A stretch of DNA of 64,000 bases from Sphyrna mokarran (Eukaryota): contig JAGIQG010000009.1 in NCBI GenBank assembly GCA_024679065.1, forward strand, positions 81,778,001 through 81,842,000, written 5' to 3'. The position numbers and the translations under genes are program-made. Below the pieces are notes generated by a model, which saw only the letters and a list, made by a program, of their open reading frames with translations, was not told the DNA's origin and made no database searches. This document shows, one piece after another, positions 47,611 through 59,770 of the stretch. Numbering within the stretch: the first letter of the stretch is position 1; each line of letters begins with the position of its first letter.

Positions 47611-47909
47611 GTATCAATGGAGAGATCATCCTGACCCAGACCCCCGCGGTGCTGTCAGTGAGCCTGGGCCAGACCGCCACCATCACCTGTACGGCCAGTG
47701 AATATGTCAGCGATGATGTGCATTGGTATCAACAGCGAGAAGGACAGAAACCGGCTCTGCTGATGTATGATGCATCAACTCGATTCACAGGAGTATCCGA
47801 CCGATTCACTGGCAGTTACCAATACAACACATTCACGCTTACGATCAGCAATGTTCAGAATGAGGATGTTGCTGATTATTACTGTCAGCAAGATTACAGC
47901 CCCCCCCTA
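47611..47909 (+). CDS. IGKV: Ig kappa-type V exon, cluster 2 (EIILTQTP...[16 protein letters not shown]...[10 protein letters not shown]...[11 protein letters not shown])
   Basis: AG acceptor at 47609-47610; canonical Cys/Trp/YYC; followed by a 12-RSS. Confidence 0.97.
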
Positions 47910-47937
47910 CACAGTGATACAGAGCCTTACAAAAACC
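47910..47937 (+). other. V2 recombination signal sequence, 12-bp spacer
   Basis: CACAGTG + 12 nt + ACAAAAACC, identical to the V1 RSS. Confidence 0.98.
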
Positions 47938-47942
47938 CCAAC

Positions 47943-48478
47943 ACACACAGTCCCACCTCCTGTACTGACACATCCCACAGTTTTATATAATATATAATAA
48001 TGGACACACAGTCCCACCTCCTGTACTGAAACATCCCACAGTTTTATATAATATATAACAATGGACACACAGTCCCACCTCCTGTACTGACACATCCCAC
48101 AGTTTTACATAATATATAATAATGGACACACAGTCCCACCTCCTGTACTGACACATCCCACAGTTTTATATAATATATAATAATGGACACACAGCCCCAC
48201 CACCTGTACTGACACATCCCACAGTTTTATATAATATTTAATAATGGACACACAGTCCCACCTGTACTGACACATCCCACAGTTTTATATAATATATAAT
48301 AATGGACACACAGTCCCACCTCCTGTACTGACACATCCCACAGTTTTATATAATATATAATAATGGACACACAGTCCCACCTCCTGTACTGACACATCCC
48401 ACAGTTTTATATAATATATAATAATGGACACACAGCAACACCTTCTGTACTGACACATCCCACAGTTTTATATAATAT
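47943..48478. repeat. 61-bp minisatellite, ~9 copies, in the V2-J2 spacer
   Basis: Same unit as 16742-16912; nine consecutive copies visible. Confidence 0.97.
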
Positions 48479-48750
48479 CTAAGAAACACAAGAAAGGAAA
48501 CTGAACAAACTCTTTGCATCGTCCACTACGCACTCCAGTCCCTGTGGTGTCCACTGCTCATTGAAGTCCTCGAGTTTCCTTCTTACTCTCCATGTTCACA
48601 TATGAAGAGCAGCTGAAAGATTTATCATCTCAAATTAAAATTCTCAACTCTCCCAACAAAACACAAAGACATTGAGAGAAACAGAGAGAGAGAAAGAGTG
48701 AGAGTGAAAGAGTGAGAGAGAAAGAGATGAGTGAGTGAGTCAGAGACAGA

Positions 48751-48789
48751 GGTTTTTGTACAGTTCCTGCACTGGAAGCTGTCAGTGTG
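48751..48789 (-). other. J2 recombination signal sequence, 23-bp spacer
   Basis: GGTTTTTGT (48751-48759) + 23 nt + CAGTGTG (48783-48789). Confidence 0.96.
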
Positions 48790-48824
48790 CCTTGCGTTCG
48801 GTAAAGGAACCAAACTCAGACTGA
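48790..48824 (+). CDS. IGKJ: Ig kappa-type J segment, cluster 2 (LAFGKGTKLRL)
   Basis: Canonical FGKG-TKL; GTAAGT donor at 48825. Confidence 0.96.
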
Positions 48825-49345
48825 GTAAGTAAAGCCCAATCCTCCGTTATTAACCCTTTCAATGCTGAAACTTTCTCAAACACAAATACTGAATAGTTGA
48901 AGGTGTTAGTGAGGAAGTTGCAGTCAATGAAATGGTTGATTGAAGAACATTGTGTTGAACAGGGAGTCCAGCTGTATTTCTTTCCTTCCATTCCCCTCTT
49001 TAAGCAGCAAGATTTCAGTAAGCAGCTTTTACCCACCGTGTGGAGGAGATCTGGACGTTTGCAGACTGTGTTCACATTCCTGCAGCATGGAGTGAAATCA
49101 CTCTCTAGACTCCTGTCGGTCTCAGTGTGACACAGACAGGCAGAGTTTGATGTGAAGTAGAACTCTCTGTCTCACTCTCTGATATAACTGATCACAGCAG
49201 CAGCACAGTGAGACACCGAGGTGCCACCTGCCCCAGCTTTCACTCTGCTCTCTCCACTCCCTGCTTATCTCTTGCTGAAGTTCTGATGACAAACAGCCAC
49301 AGCAGGGCTCACAATCCAGTGGCTTCAGTGTTCCAGGCTTTTGTT
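48825..49345. promoter_or_regulatory. Candidate J-C intronic enhancer, cluster 2
   Basis: Paralog of 17255-17775; ETS site 48911, kE2-type site 49224-49232. Confidence 0.55.
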
Positions 49346-50094
49346 ACTTTCTCTTTGGGATGAGTTCAGTCCGACATTTATCCTGGATCCAACGTTACTG
49401 AAAATGCTGATTGTTCTCATTGCTGTGTGTGGGATCTTGCTGTGTACATGTTGTGACCAGTCCTCAGACAGGATCCCTCATTTGTAAACTTCCTGAACCG
49501 TATCCCAATTTTGTTTTCCTCTGGGTAAGGAGTAATCAGCTGGAATCCCACCCTCGATTGGTCACAACAGGGTTCATTTAAAATGGATCCCTTCATCAAT
49601 GGAAACCTTAAACAATCCACGTAGCCCTTTATTAGCCATTGAATCCCTACAGTGCAGAAAAAGGCTATTCAATCCGTCAATTTTGCACCGACTCTCCAAA
49701 AGGCGTTCTTATCCAGGCTCCCCATCCTGTCCCTGTAACCCTGCACATTTACCATTACTAATCTCCCTAATGAACACAGTAGGGATAACTTATCATGGCC
49801 AATCCATAACCTGTATATCCCATTTTCCAACACTTGATCCATTACCTTGTCAGCTTTGGAATTTCAAATGCTTATCTAAATACTTCTTAAATGTTGTGAG
49901 GGTTCCTGCCTCTAGTACCCTTTCAGGTAGTGAGTTCCAGATTCCCAACACCCTCTGAGTGAAAAGGTTTTTCCTCCAATCCCTCAAAATCTTCTGCTTC
50001 TGAAATTAAATCTAGGCTCCCTGGTTTTTGAATCTACTGCTAAAAGGGGAAAGTTCTGCTCTATGTCTTCATAATTCTGACCTGCTACAGTTAT

Positions 50095-50361
50095 GATGTA
50101 GAGATGCTGCCACTGGACTGGGGTAAGTACAGTAAAAAGTGTCACAACACCAGGTTAAAGTCCAACAGGTTTATTTGGCAGCGCTAACTTTCAGAGTCTC
50201 AAGCTCCTTCATCTGGTCAGTGAGGACTTGTGTTCACAAAAAGGGCATCCCTGATGGTGAACACAAGTCCTCACTGATCAGATGAAGGAACTTGAGACTC
50301 CAAAAACTAGTGCTGCTAAATAAACCTGTTGGACTTTAACCTGGTGTTGTGAGACTTCTTA
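50095..50361. mobile_element. Palindromic Penelope-terminus-derived insertion in the J2-C2 intron, 13-bp TSD
   Basis: Inverted arms; TSD ctgct(a/g)cagttat at 50082-50094 and 50362-50374; empty site at ~19225-19237. Confidence 0.88.
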
Positions 50362-53300
50362 CTGCTGCAGTTATACCGGGCTTTGGTGAGGCAGCACTGG
50401 GAATATTTGTGCGCAGTTTTAGTCCCCCTATCTCAGGAAGGATATCTTTGCTCTCAAGAAAGTATTAGAGAACATACCCCAGACTGATTCCTGTTTTAGT
50501 GGGACTGATGTATGAGGAGATATTGAATTGATTATGACTTATATTCACTGGAGGTCAGAGGAATGAGGGTACAACTACTAGAAACCTGTTAAATTCGAAC
50601 AGGTTAGGGGAAATAGTGAGGTAAATACATGGGGTTCATGGGTTTAAGAGTTGATGCAGACTCGATGGGCCGAATGGTCTCCGACTGCACTTTAGAGATT
50701 CTATTGTCCATGTCTGTGCCGGCCATTAAGTATCTATCGATTCTAATCCCATTTTCCAGCATTTGGTCCGTTGCTTTGTTTGCTTTGGAATTTCAAGTGC
50801 TCATCTAAATGCTTCTTAAATGTTGTGAAGGTTCCCACCTCCGCCATCCTTTCAGGCAGTGAGTTCCAGATTCCCAGCACCCTCTGGGTGAAAAGATTTC
50901 CCTCAATTCCCTCAGAATCTGCTGCCTCTGTGATTAAGGGGAAAAGTTTCCTCATATCTACCCTATCCCTGTCCCTTGTAATTCTGTCTTTCTGCAGTTA
51001 TACAGGGCCTTGGTGAGACCACACTGGGAATAATGTGTACAGTTTTATCTCCTTATCTGAGGAAGAATGTTTTTGGTACAGAGAAAGTGCAGCAAATGTT
51101 TACTGGAATGATTTCTGTGACAGTGAGATCAACATAGGATGAGAAATTGTTTAAGTTTATTTATTAGTCACAAGTAGGTTTATGTTCACACTGTCATGAA
51201 GTCACTGTGAAAATCCCCATGCAGCCATATTTCGGCGCCTGTTCTGGTATACTGAGGAAGAATTTAACTTGGCCAATTCACCTAACCTGCACACTTTTTG
51301 GACTGTGGGAGGAAACCGGAGCACTTGGAGGAAACCCATGCAGTCATGGGGAGGATGTGCAAACTCCACACAGACAGTGAGCCAAGATGGCAATTGAATC
51401 TGGGTCCGTGGCACTGTGAGGCAGCAGTGCTAATCACTGTGTCACCGTGTTGCCCCACTGGCAGAAGAATGAGCGGGGATCACATAAAAACCTATAAAAT
51501 TCCAACAGGACTAGTCAGGATAAATACAGGAAGCATGTTCCCAATGCTGGAAGCGTCCAGTTTGAGGCATCATAGTCTGAGAATATGGGGTAAACCCTTT
51601 TAGGACTGAGGTGAGGAGAAATCCCTTCACCCAGAGAGGGATAAACCTGTGGAGTTCACTATCACAGAAAGCAGTTGAGACCAAAATATTGTACGTTTTC
51701 ACAAAGAAGTTAGATTTAGCTCTTGGGGTGAATGGGATGAAAGGATTTGTTGGAGAAGGCAGGATCTGGCTACTGATTGGATGATCAGCCATGATCATGA
51801 TGAATAGTGGAACAGGCTCAAAGGGCCAAATGGCCTATTCCTGTTCCTATTTCCTGTGATTCTCTGCAGACCAGTATTTATCACCCATCCCTAATTGCCC
51901 TGGTGAAGATGGTGCTGAGGTGTTGAAGTTCTACTCCAATGAATATCAGCCCAACCTGCTCAAGCTTTCCTCATAAGACAATCCCTTATTCATCAATCTT
52001 CTCTGAACTCTTTCCAATGCTACTATATCCTTCCTTAAGTATGGAGACCAAAAGTGGCCACAATATTTCATGTATGATTTTCCTAAAGTGTTGTATGGGT
52101 GGAGTAAGGCATCCCTCCTTTTATACTCATCCTCATTGGAATGAAGAGCAACATTCCATTTGCCTTCTGAATTTTTTGCTGTTCCTGGATGCAAAGACAC
52201 CCAGATCACTCGATAGGATTTCTCCAGTTAACTAGTATTCTGCTCTATTCTCCTGCCAAAGTGGACAACCTCACATTTTCCCACATTATTTTCCATCTGT
52301 TGATGTTTCCCCACTCACTGAACCGATCTCTATCCCTTTTCAGACTCTGTATCCTCCTCACAACATGCATTTCTACTTTTCATTTTATCATCAGCAAGTT
52401 TAGTGACATTCCTCTCATTCCCTTCATCCAGCTCATTAATATAGATTGTAGAGTTAAACCCCAAACAACAACCATCTTCCTTTGTGCCGGGTACAACTCC
52501 AACCAGTGGAGAGTTTTCCCCTGATTCCCATTGGCTCCAGTTTTGTGAGGGCTCCTTGATGCCACACTTGCTGAAATGCAGCCTTGATGTTAAGGACAGT
52601 CTCTCTCACCTCACCTCTGGAGTTCAGCTCTTTTGTCCATGTTTGAACCAAGACTGTAATGAGATCAGGAGCTGAGTGACCCTGGTGAACATAAACTGAG
52701 TGTCAGTGAGCAGATTATTGCTCAGTAAGTGCTGCTTGGTATCGCTCTGGATATGTTCAGATCACATTGCTGATAATCGAGAATAGACTGATGGGGTGGT
52801 TAATGTGTAGATTGGATTTATCCTGTTTTTTGTGCACAGTTCATAACCAGGTAATTTATCACAATGTTGTGTTGATGCCAGTGTTGTAGATGTACTGGAA
52901 CAGCTTAGTTAGGGACACGGAAAGTTCTGGAGCACAAGTCTTCAGGGCCTCTGGAGGAGGTTGAGATGAATCATCCACTCGGAACTTCTGGCTGAAGATT
53001 CTGCAAATTCTTCAGCCTTGTCTTTTGCAGTGATGTGCTGTGCTACTCCATCATTGAGGATGGGAATATTTGTGGTTCTTCCTCTTCCAGTGGATTGTTT
53101 AATTGTCCACCACCATTCACGACTGGATGTGACAGGACTGCAGAGCTTAGATCTGATCCACTGGTTGTGGGATGGTTTAACTCTGTCTATCACTTGCTGC
53201 TTCTGCTGTTTGTCACACAGTCTCTGTATTGTAGCTTCACCAGGTTAACACCTCATTTTTCAGTCTGTCTGTTGTTGCTCCTGGCATGTCCTCCTGCACT

Positions 53301-54196
53301 CTTCATTGAACTGAAAGCGGTAGAGAATCCACAGAAACAGACTGATGCTTCAAATCTCACTCCTGATACTTGAGCACATCATCCAGGCTGAGATTGCAGT
53401 GCACTATTGAAAGAGTGCTGCACTGTCAGAGGTGCCATCTTTCAGATGAGACGAACAGATATCTGCCCTCTCAGGGGGTGTGAAAAATCCCACGATACTA
53501 TTGGAAGAAGAGCAGGGGAGTTCACCCCGGTGAACTGGTCAATATTCATCCTTCAATCAACATCACTACAAATCTGTTCTTTCTCATTCTGCTCCCTGGG
53601 ATCTTGCTGTGCCCAATGAGCTGTAAAACACATTGGGACATTCTGAGGTGGTGACAGGTGCTATAGAAATGTAATTCTGTCTGTGAGGTTGGAGATTCCT
53701 GATCCTGACTCTCTCCCATTGATAACATAACAGCATCCTTCAGAGTTCATGGGGTCATTCGGAGCAGTGACCCTGTCTGACCCCTGGACACTGAGACTAA
53801 TTCTAGCCTCACCCTTGACCTCAGCCCAGTGCTGGACAGTAAGGCTTGAAATGAAAACTAGAAGTTTCTACACCAGCCAGTGGGAATCCTGTGTGAAGTG
53901 TGTTGATCCAAGTCTGCTCCAATGTTCTGGGATAAAGTTCTCCTGATCTGTGTGTGATCTGAGGTTTGTTGATGCTCAACCTGTTTCCCCCAGACAGACT
54001 GAGCAATAGTTCCAGCTTCCTGATTGGTTAACAGTCTCTTAAAGGGACACTGTGTCTTTAAATACTCTCAAAATTAACCATTTCAGTGCTGAATTTGCAG
54101 TAATCTTCTTTACAAATGTTTCAATAACATTACAAAATGATTCAACCAGCTTCAAATCAAACCTTTACCCTCAGACACTGAACTATTGAATGACTC

Positions 54197-54672
54197 AGGC
54201 ATTGGAAAGGCCGCAGAGGAGGTTTACCAGGATGTTGTCTGGTATGGTGGGAAGGTCTTAATGAGGAAAGTCTGAGGGACTTGAGGTTATTTTCATTAGA
54301 GAGAAGAAGGTTAAGAGGTGATCTAATTGAGGCATACAAGATGATCAAAGGGTTAGATAGGGTGGACAGTGAGAGCCTTTTTCCTCAGATAGAGATGGCT
54401 AACATGAGGGGACATAGCTTTAAATTAAGGGGTGGTAGTTATAGCACAGATGTTAGAGGTGGGTTCTTTACTCAGAGGGTAGTAAGGACGTGGAATGCCC
54501 TGTCTGCAGCAGTTGTGGACTCGCCAAGTTTAAGGGTGTTCAAATGGTCAGTGGATAGGCATATGGATAATATTGGAATAGTTTAGGTTAGAGGGTCATA
54601 AAATTGGTTCCACTGGTCAGTGCAACATCGAGGGCTGAAGGGCCTGTACTGCGCTGTAATGTTCTATGTTCT
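54197..54672 (+). mobile_element. CR1-type LINE 3' fragment in the J2-C2 intron, unit 2-specific
   Basis: ORF 54281-54586; tail; empty site at ~23325. Confidence 0.9.
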
Positions 54673-55560
54673 AATTTGAAATCGAATGTGCCACTTTCCA
54701 TTGGGTTCCATCAGCTTTTAATTTTAAACAGCGCTATCCATCCTCCAGTCCACTCACACCACACTTGTAGCCAGAGAGGATTGGAAAATAATGGTCAGAG
54801 TCTCTGCTATTTCTTCCCTTCCTTTCCCTCGCGCCTTGAGATAATTTCACCCGAGCCTGGGAATTTCTCCATTTTAAAAGATGATAAACACATTAATAAC
54901 TCCCCTCACTCTATCATTATCCCATTAATTATTTCACAATCCCTCTCCTCCTGAAATACAGTATGAACTTTGTCCCTCTCATTTGTGATATCTGATTTAA
55001 ATTATTCATTAAGAACATTTCCATGTCTTCTCCCTCCACACACAAGTTACCTTTTTGCTCTCTAATCAGCCCTATTTAATCCTTAGTTATTCTCTTTGCA
55101 ATGTCCCACACTATTGCTTGATGAACATATATGTCCTGAACTCTATCTCCAGCTCGAATATCCTCCCACTGCTCTGACACTGATTTACCTTCAAGTCACT
55201 GTTCCCTTTCCATTTTGGCAAATTCCAGTTTAGTGAAATTGGCCTTTTCCCATTTAAAACATTTATTCTTGATCAATCTTTCCCCTTTTCTGTAACTACT
55301 CTAAATCTATTATGATCATTATTACCCAAATGCTCTCTCACTGATACACCTTCCACATGCTGAGTTTCATTCCCTAAAACTGCTAAAATTGCCCCTTCCC
55401 TTGTTGGGATTGTTCCGTACTGGTTAAAAACGTTCCCCTGGAATGGATTTTCAGAATTCTGCAACATCGAAACATTGACACTGATTTGATCCCAGTTAAT
55501 ATTCAGGAAGTTGAAACCCTGAAAATGGCAGTGATTAAAATTCCTTCTCTTCTCTTTCAG

Positions 55561-55889
55561 TCCGTGAGAATTCACAACCCACGCTGACCCTGCTGCCCCC
55601 CTCCCCGGAGGAGGTCAAGACCAAGGGCACTGCCACTCTGATGTGCCTTGCCGATCACTTCTATCCCAATGTGTTGGGAGTGAAGTGGAAGAAGGATGGT
55701 ACACCCATTTCTAACGGGGTTCAGACCAGCAACTACCTGCAAGCTTCGGACAACACCTACAGCGTCAGCAGCCTGCTGACCCTCTCTGGCTCTGACTGGG
55801 AGTCCAACGCTCGCTTCTCCTGTGCCCTCACCCACGTGAGCCTCTCCTCTCCCCTCAGCAAGAGTGTCAGGAGTTCAGAATGTGCCTAG
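55561..55889 (+). CDS. IGKC: Ig kappa-type constant exon, cluster 2
   Basis: tttcAG acceptor ending at 55560; open C1-set domain ending SSECA*; 9 amino acid differences from C1. Confidence 0.96.
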
Positions 55890-56321
55890 AGTGTTAGAGA
55901 CAGTCCACAGAGGAGGCACAACTTGGAATAGAACAGGGGTGAGCTGGAAGGGTAAAGGTCATTGTCAGCATTGAATTACAATTCTCTTCCTTCCTGAGAC
56001 TGGGTCTGAGACACTTCTGAGGGTCGGGGGTTAAAGAACATTCTTGGGATATTGTAGAGGCAACTTTACTCTATGTCTAACACCATGCTGTTCCTTTAAT
56101 GTGAGTGTTTGATGGGGACAGTGTAGACTCGTGATAACAAGTAAAACCTCTCGAAGATGCTGAAGACTGTCAGCTGTACAAAAATAATGTGACCCTCTGA
56201 AGTATCTGCTTCAGTAAACCAGACCTCCTTCCTGCTCACCCTGCAGTTACAATTGAAGATTTAGTCACTGTTTAAAGGGACAGGATTCTCATGTTATTGA
56301 GAAAATCTCCACAAGTGTTTT

Positions 56322-56422
56322 AATAAACCTCCATTCTCCCTATGAATTTCTCCAGCTTCCTCTGGCTGGGCTGTTTATTCAAGTCTTTTTTCTGTCAATG
56401 TCAATGTGTAAAAGGTAATAAA
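56322..56422 (+). terminator. Candidate polyadenylation signals, cluster 2
   Basis: AATAAA at 56322-56327 and 56417-56422. Confidence 0.7.
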
Positions 56423-57189
56423 CATTAAGAATATTCAGTATATGTCTGGTGAGTGCTTTGGAAATGTCCCACCTCCCCATCAGCTGATTGGCTGCATTTC
56501 ACCAAATGATTGGCTGCCTGTCCTGTCAATCAACGACACAATAAGAAATCTCACAACACCAGGTTCAAAACCGACAGGTTTATTTGGTAGCACAAGTCAT
56601 TGGCTTTCGGAGCCATCATCAGCTAAGTGGTAGTTCTGTTCACAAACAGGGCATATAAAGACACAAACTCAATTTACAATTAACAATTACAATCCACAAC
56701 TCTTCGAGATGTCTGTGTTCATCTAATCCTGGCCTTTTGGGTATTCCTGATCATAATAGTTCCACCACTGGTGGCCATGCCTTCAGCTGGCTGGGTTCCA
56801 AGCTCTGGAATTCCCTCCCTAAACCCCGCCACCTCTCCAACTCACTTTGACCCTTTCAAATTCTCAATGCCCACCTTTTTATCCCATCTTTGGTTGGTCT
56901 GACCTCCTGACCAAAACTTCCAATCTCCAAATGGTTGTATCCCAGATATATACGTGGAATTCCCCTGAATCTGGAACCCTCTGAATCTCGGACTGAAATC
57001 TGGAGAATTTGGATGTTTCTGGCTTACGACCCAGAATCGTTACTCAGGAAAATTTAGAAACATTCAGAGCAGTTCCAACACCGGGGTAAGTATAAAACTG
57101 AAACATGTCCCCTGCCTTGAAAGGGCAACCTGCCTGACCTCCTCACCTTCCTGAATACCCATCTGACCAACTGGCAGTATCAAAACACA

Positions 57190-58177
57190 AAGAACAATAC
57201 AGCACAGGAACAAGCCCTTCGGCCTTCCATGCCTGCATCAATCATGTGTTCGTAACTAGACCATCTGTTTATATTCCTCTATTCCCAGCCTGTTCATGTG
57301 GCTACCTAGATAAGTCTTAAATGATCCCAGCATGTCTGCCTCAACCACCTTGCCTGGCAGTGCATTCCAGACCCCCACTACCCTCAGTGTAAAATACATC
57401 CCCAGCACATCTGTATTGAACCTTGCCCCCTCTTACCATCAGCTTGTGACCCCTTGGTGTTTGTCATTTCCGACCTGGGGAAAAGAATCCAACTGTTCAT
57501 CCTATCTATGCCCTTCATAATTTTATAAACTTCTATTGGGTCGTTCCACAACCTCCGTCTTTTCAGGAAGAAGAATCCTAGTTTATTCAATCTCACCTCC
57601 TAGCTAAGACCCTCCACACCAGGCAACACCCTGGTAAACTTTTTCTGCATTCTCTCTAAAGCCTCCACGTCCTTCTGGTAGTGTGATGACCAGAACTGGA
57701 TGCAGTATTCCAAATGTGGCCTAACCAACGTTCTATATAACTGTAATATCATATGGCAACTTTTATATTCTATGTCCCATCCAGTAAAGACAAGCATGCC
57801 ATATGCCTTCGTCACCAACTTTTCTATCTCTATTGCCACTTTAAGGACCTGTGGATTTGCACACACAGATCCCTCTGTGTGTCCATACTCCTGATGGTTC
57901 TGCCATTTATTGTATAGCACCCTTCCTTGCATTCAATCTACCGATATGCATCATTTTGCATTTATCCGGATTAAATTCCATCTGCCATTTCTCCGCCCAA
58001 TTTTCCAGCCTATCTATATTCTGCTGTATTCTCTGACTGATCACTAACCGCAATCCAACAATCTTTGTGTCATCCGCAAACTTACTAATCAGACCAGCTA
58101 CATCTCCTTCTAAGTCAATTGTATATAACACAAATAGCAGGAGTCGCAGTACAGAGCCCTGCGGAACACGACTAGTC
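57190..58177 (-). mobile_element. CR1-type LINE 3' portion
   Basis: ORFs 57384-58230 ([19 protein letters not shown]). Confidence 0.9.
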
Positions 58178-59740
58178 ATGATGTGGAGATGCTGGTGTTG
58201 GACTGGGATAAACACAGTAAGAAGTCTCATAACACCAGGTTAAAGCCCAACAAGTTTACTTGATAGTAAACCCACAAGCTTTTGGTTTGCCCTTCGTCAG
58301 GTGAGTGGAGAGTTTTGGTCTCAAGCAGAGCATATAAAAGCCCAGACAGTTTACAGAATACTGATTAGAAAGTGAATCTTTATAGCTAATCAATTCTTAA
58401 AGGTGCAGACAATGTGAAAGGAGATAGCATTAAGCACAGGTTAAAGAGATGTGTATTGTCTCCAGACAGGACAGTTAGTGAGATTTTACAAGCCCAGGCA
58501 AATCATGGGGTTACAGATAATGTGACGTGAACACAAGATCCTGGTTGAGACCGTCCTCATGTGTGTGGAACTTGGCTATCGGTCTCTGCCCAGCGACTCC
58601 GTGCTGTCGTATGTTGTGAAGGCTGCCTTGGAGAATGTTTACCCAAAGATCAGAGGCTGAATGCCCGTGACCACTGAAGTGTTCGCCAACAGGAAGGGAA
58701 CAGTCTTGCCTGGTGATTGTCGAGCAGTGTTCATTCATCTGTTGTTGTAGTATCTGCATTGTCTACCCAATGCCTCGGGACATCTTTCCTGCAGCGTATC
58801 AAGTAGACAATGTTGGCGGAGTTGCAAGAGTATGTGCCGTGTACCTGGTGGGTGGTGTTCTCACATGAGATAATGGCATCTGGCATATCTTGCAGAGGTT
58901 GCTGTGGCAGGGTTGGGTGGTATTGTGGTCACTGTTCTCCTGAAGGCTGGGTAATTTGCTGCAAACAATGGTCTGTTTGAGGTTGTGCGGTTGTTTGAAG
59001 GCAAGAAGTGGGGGTGTGGGGATGACCTTGGCAAGATGTTCATCTTCACCAAAGACATGTTAAAGACTCCGGAGAAGATGTCGTAGCTTCTCCGCTTCGG
59101 GGAAATACTGGACAACGAAGGGTACACTGTCCACCGTGTCCCATGTTTGTCTTCTGAGGAGGTTGGTGTGGTTTTTCACTGTGGCGCATCGGAACTGTCG
59201 ATTAATGAATCAAGCGCCATATCCTGTTCTGATGAGGGCATCTTTCAGCGTCTGGAGGTGTCTGTCACGATCCTCCTCACCTGAGTAGATCCTGTGTATA
59301 CGGAGGGCTTGTCCATAGGGAATGGCTTCTTTAGCATGTTTAGGATGGAAGCTGGAGAAGTGGAGCATCGTGAGGTTATCCGTGGGCTAGCGGTACAGTG
59401 AGGTGCTGAGGTGACCGTCCTTGATGGAGATGCGTGTGTCCAAGAATGCAACCGATTCCAGAGAATAGTCCATGGTGTGTCTGATGGTGGGATGGAACTT
59501 GTTGATGTCATCATATAGTTGTTTCAGTGATTGTTCACTATGAGTCCAAAGGAAGAAAATGTCATGGATGTATCTAATGCATACCATCGGTTGAAGATCC
59601 TATGCGATGAAGAAGTCCTGTTTGAGTCTGTGTGTGAATATGTTGGCATATTGAGGTGCGAACTTGCTCCCCATTGCTATTCCGTGTGTCTGGATGAAGA
59701 ACTGGTTATTGAAAGTGAAGACATTGTGGTCTATCAGCAC
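58178..59740 (-). mobile_element. Penelope-like retroelement remnant (RT + GIY-YIG endonuclease + terminal repeat)
   Basis: RYIHDIFFLW...FLD...TSLYR (RT); PVGEHF..HGH...KFHTHEDGLNQD (endonuclease C-terminus); terminal repeat with decayed hammerhead. Confidence 0.85.
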
Positions 59741-59770
59741 TCTACACCAGCATCCCCCAGATTTTGCTCT

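Larger units (their letters stand above)
26516..59770 (+). repeat. Segmental duplication unit 2 (contains cluster 2)
   Basis: Collinear paralog of unit 1 with different LINE insertions; right boundary approximate. Confidence 0.85.

Noticed and set aside
56956-56965. NF-kB consensus GGAATTCCCC ~1 kb after C2
   Set aside because: Single 10-mer with no counterpart seen after C1; not enough to call an enhancer
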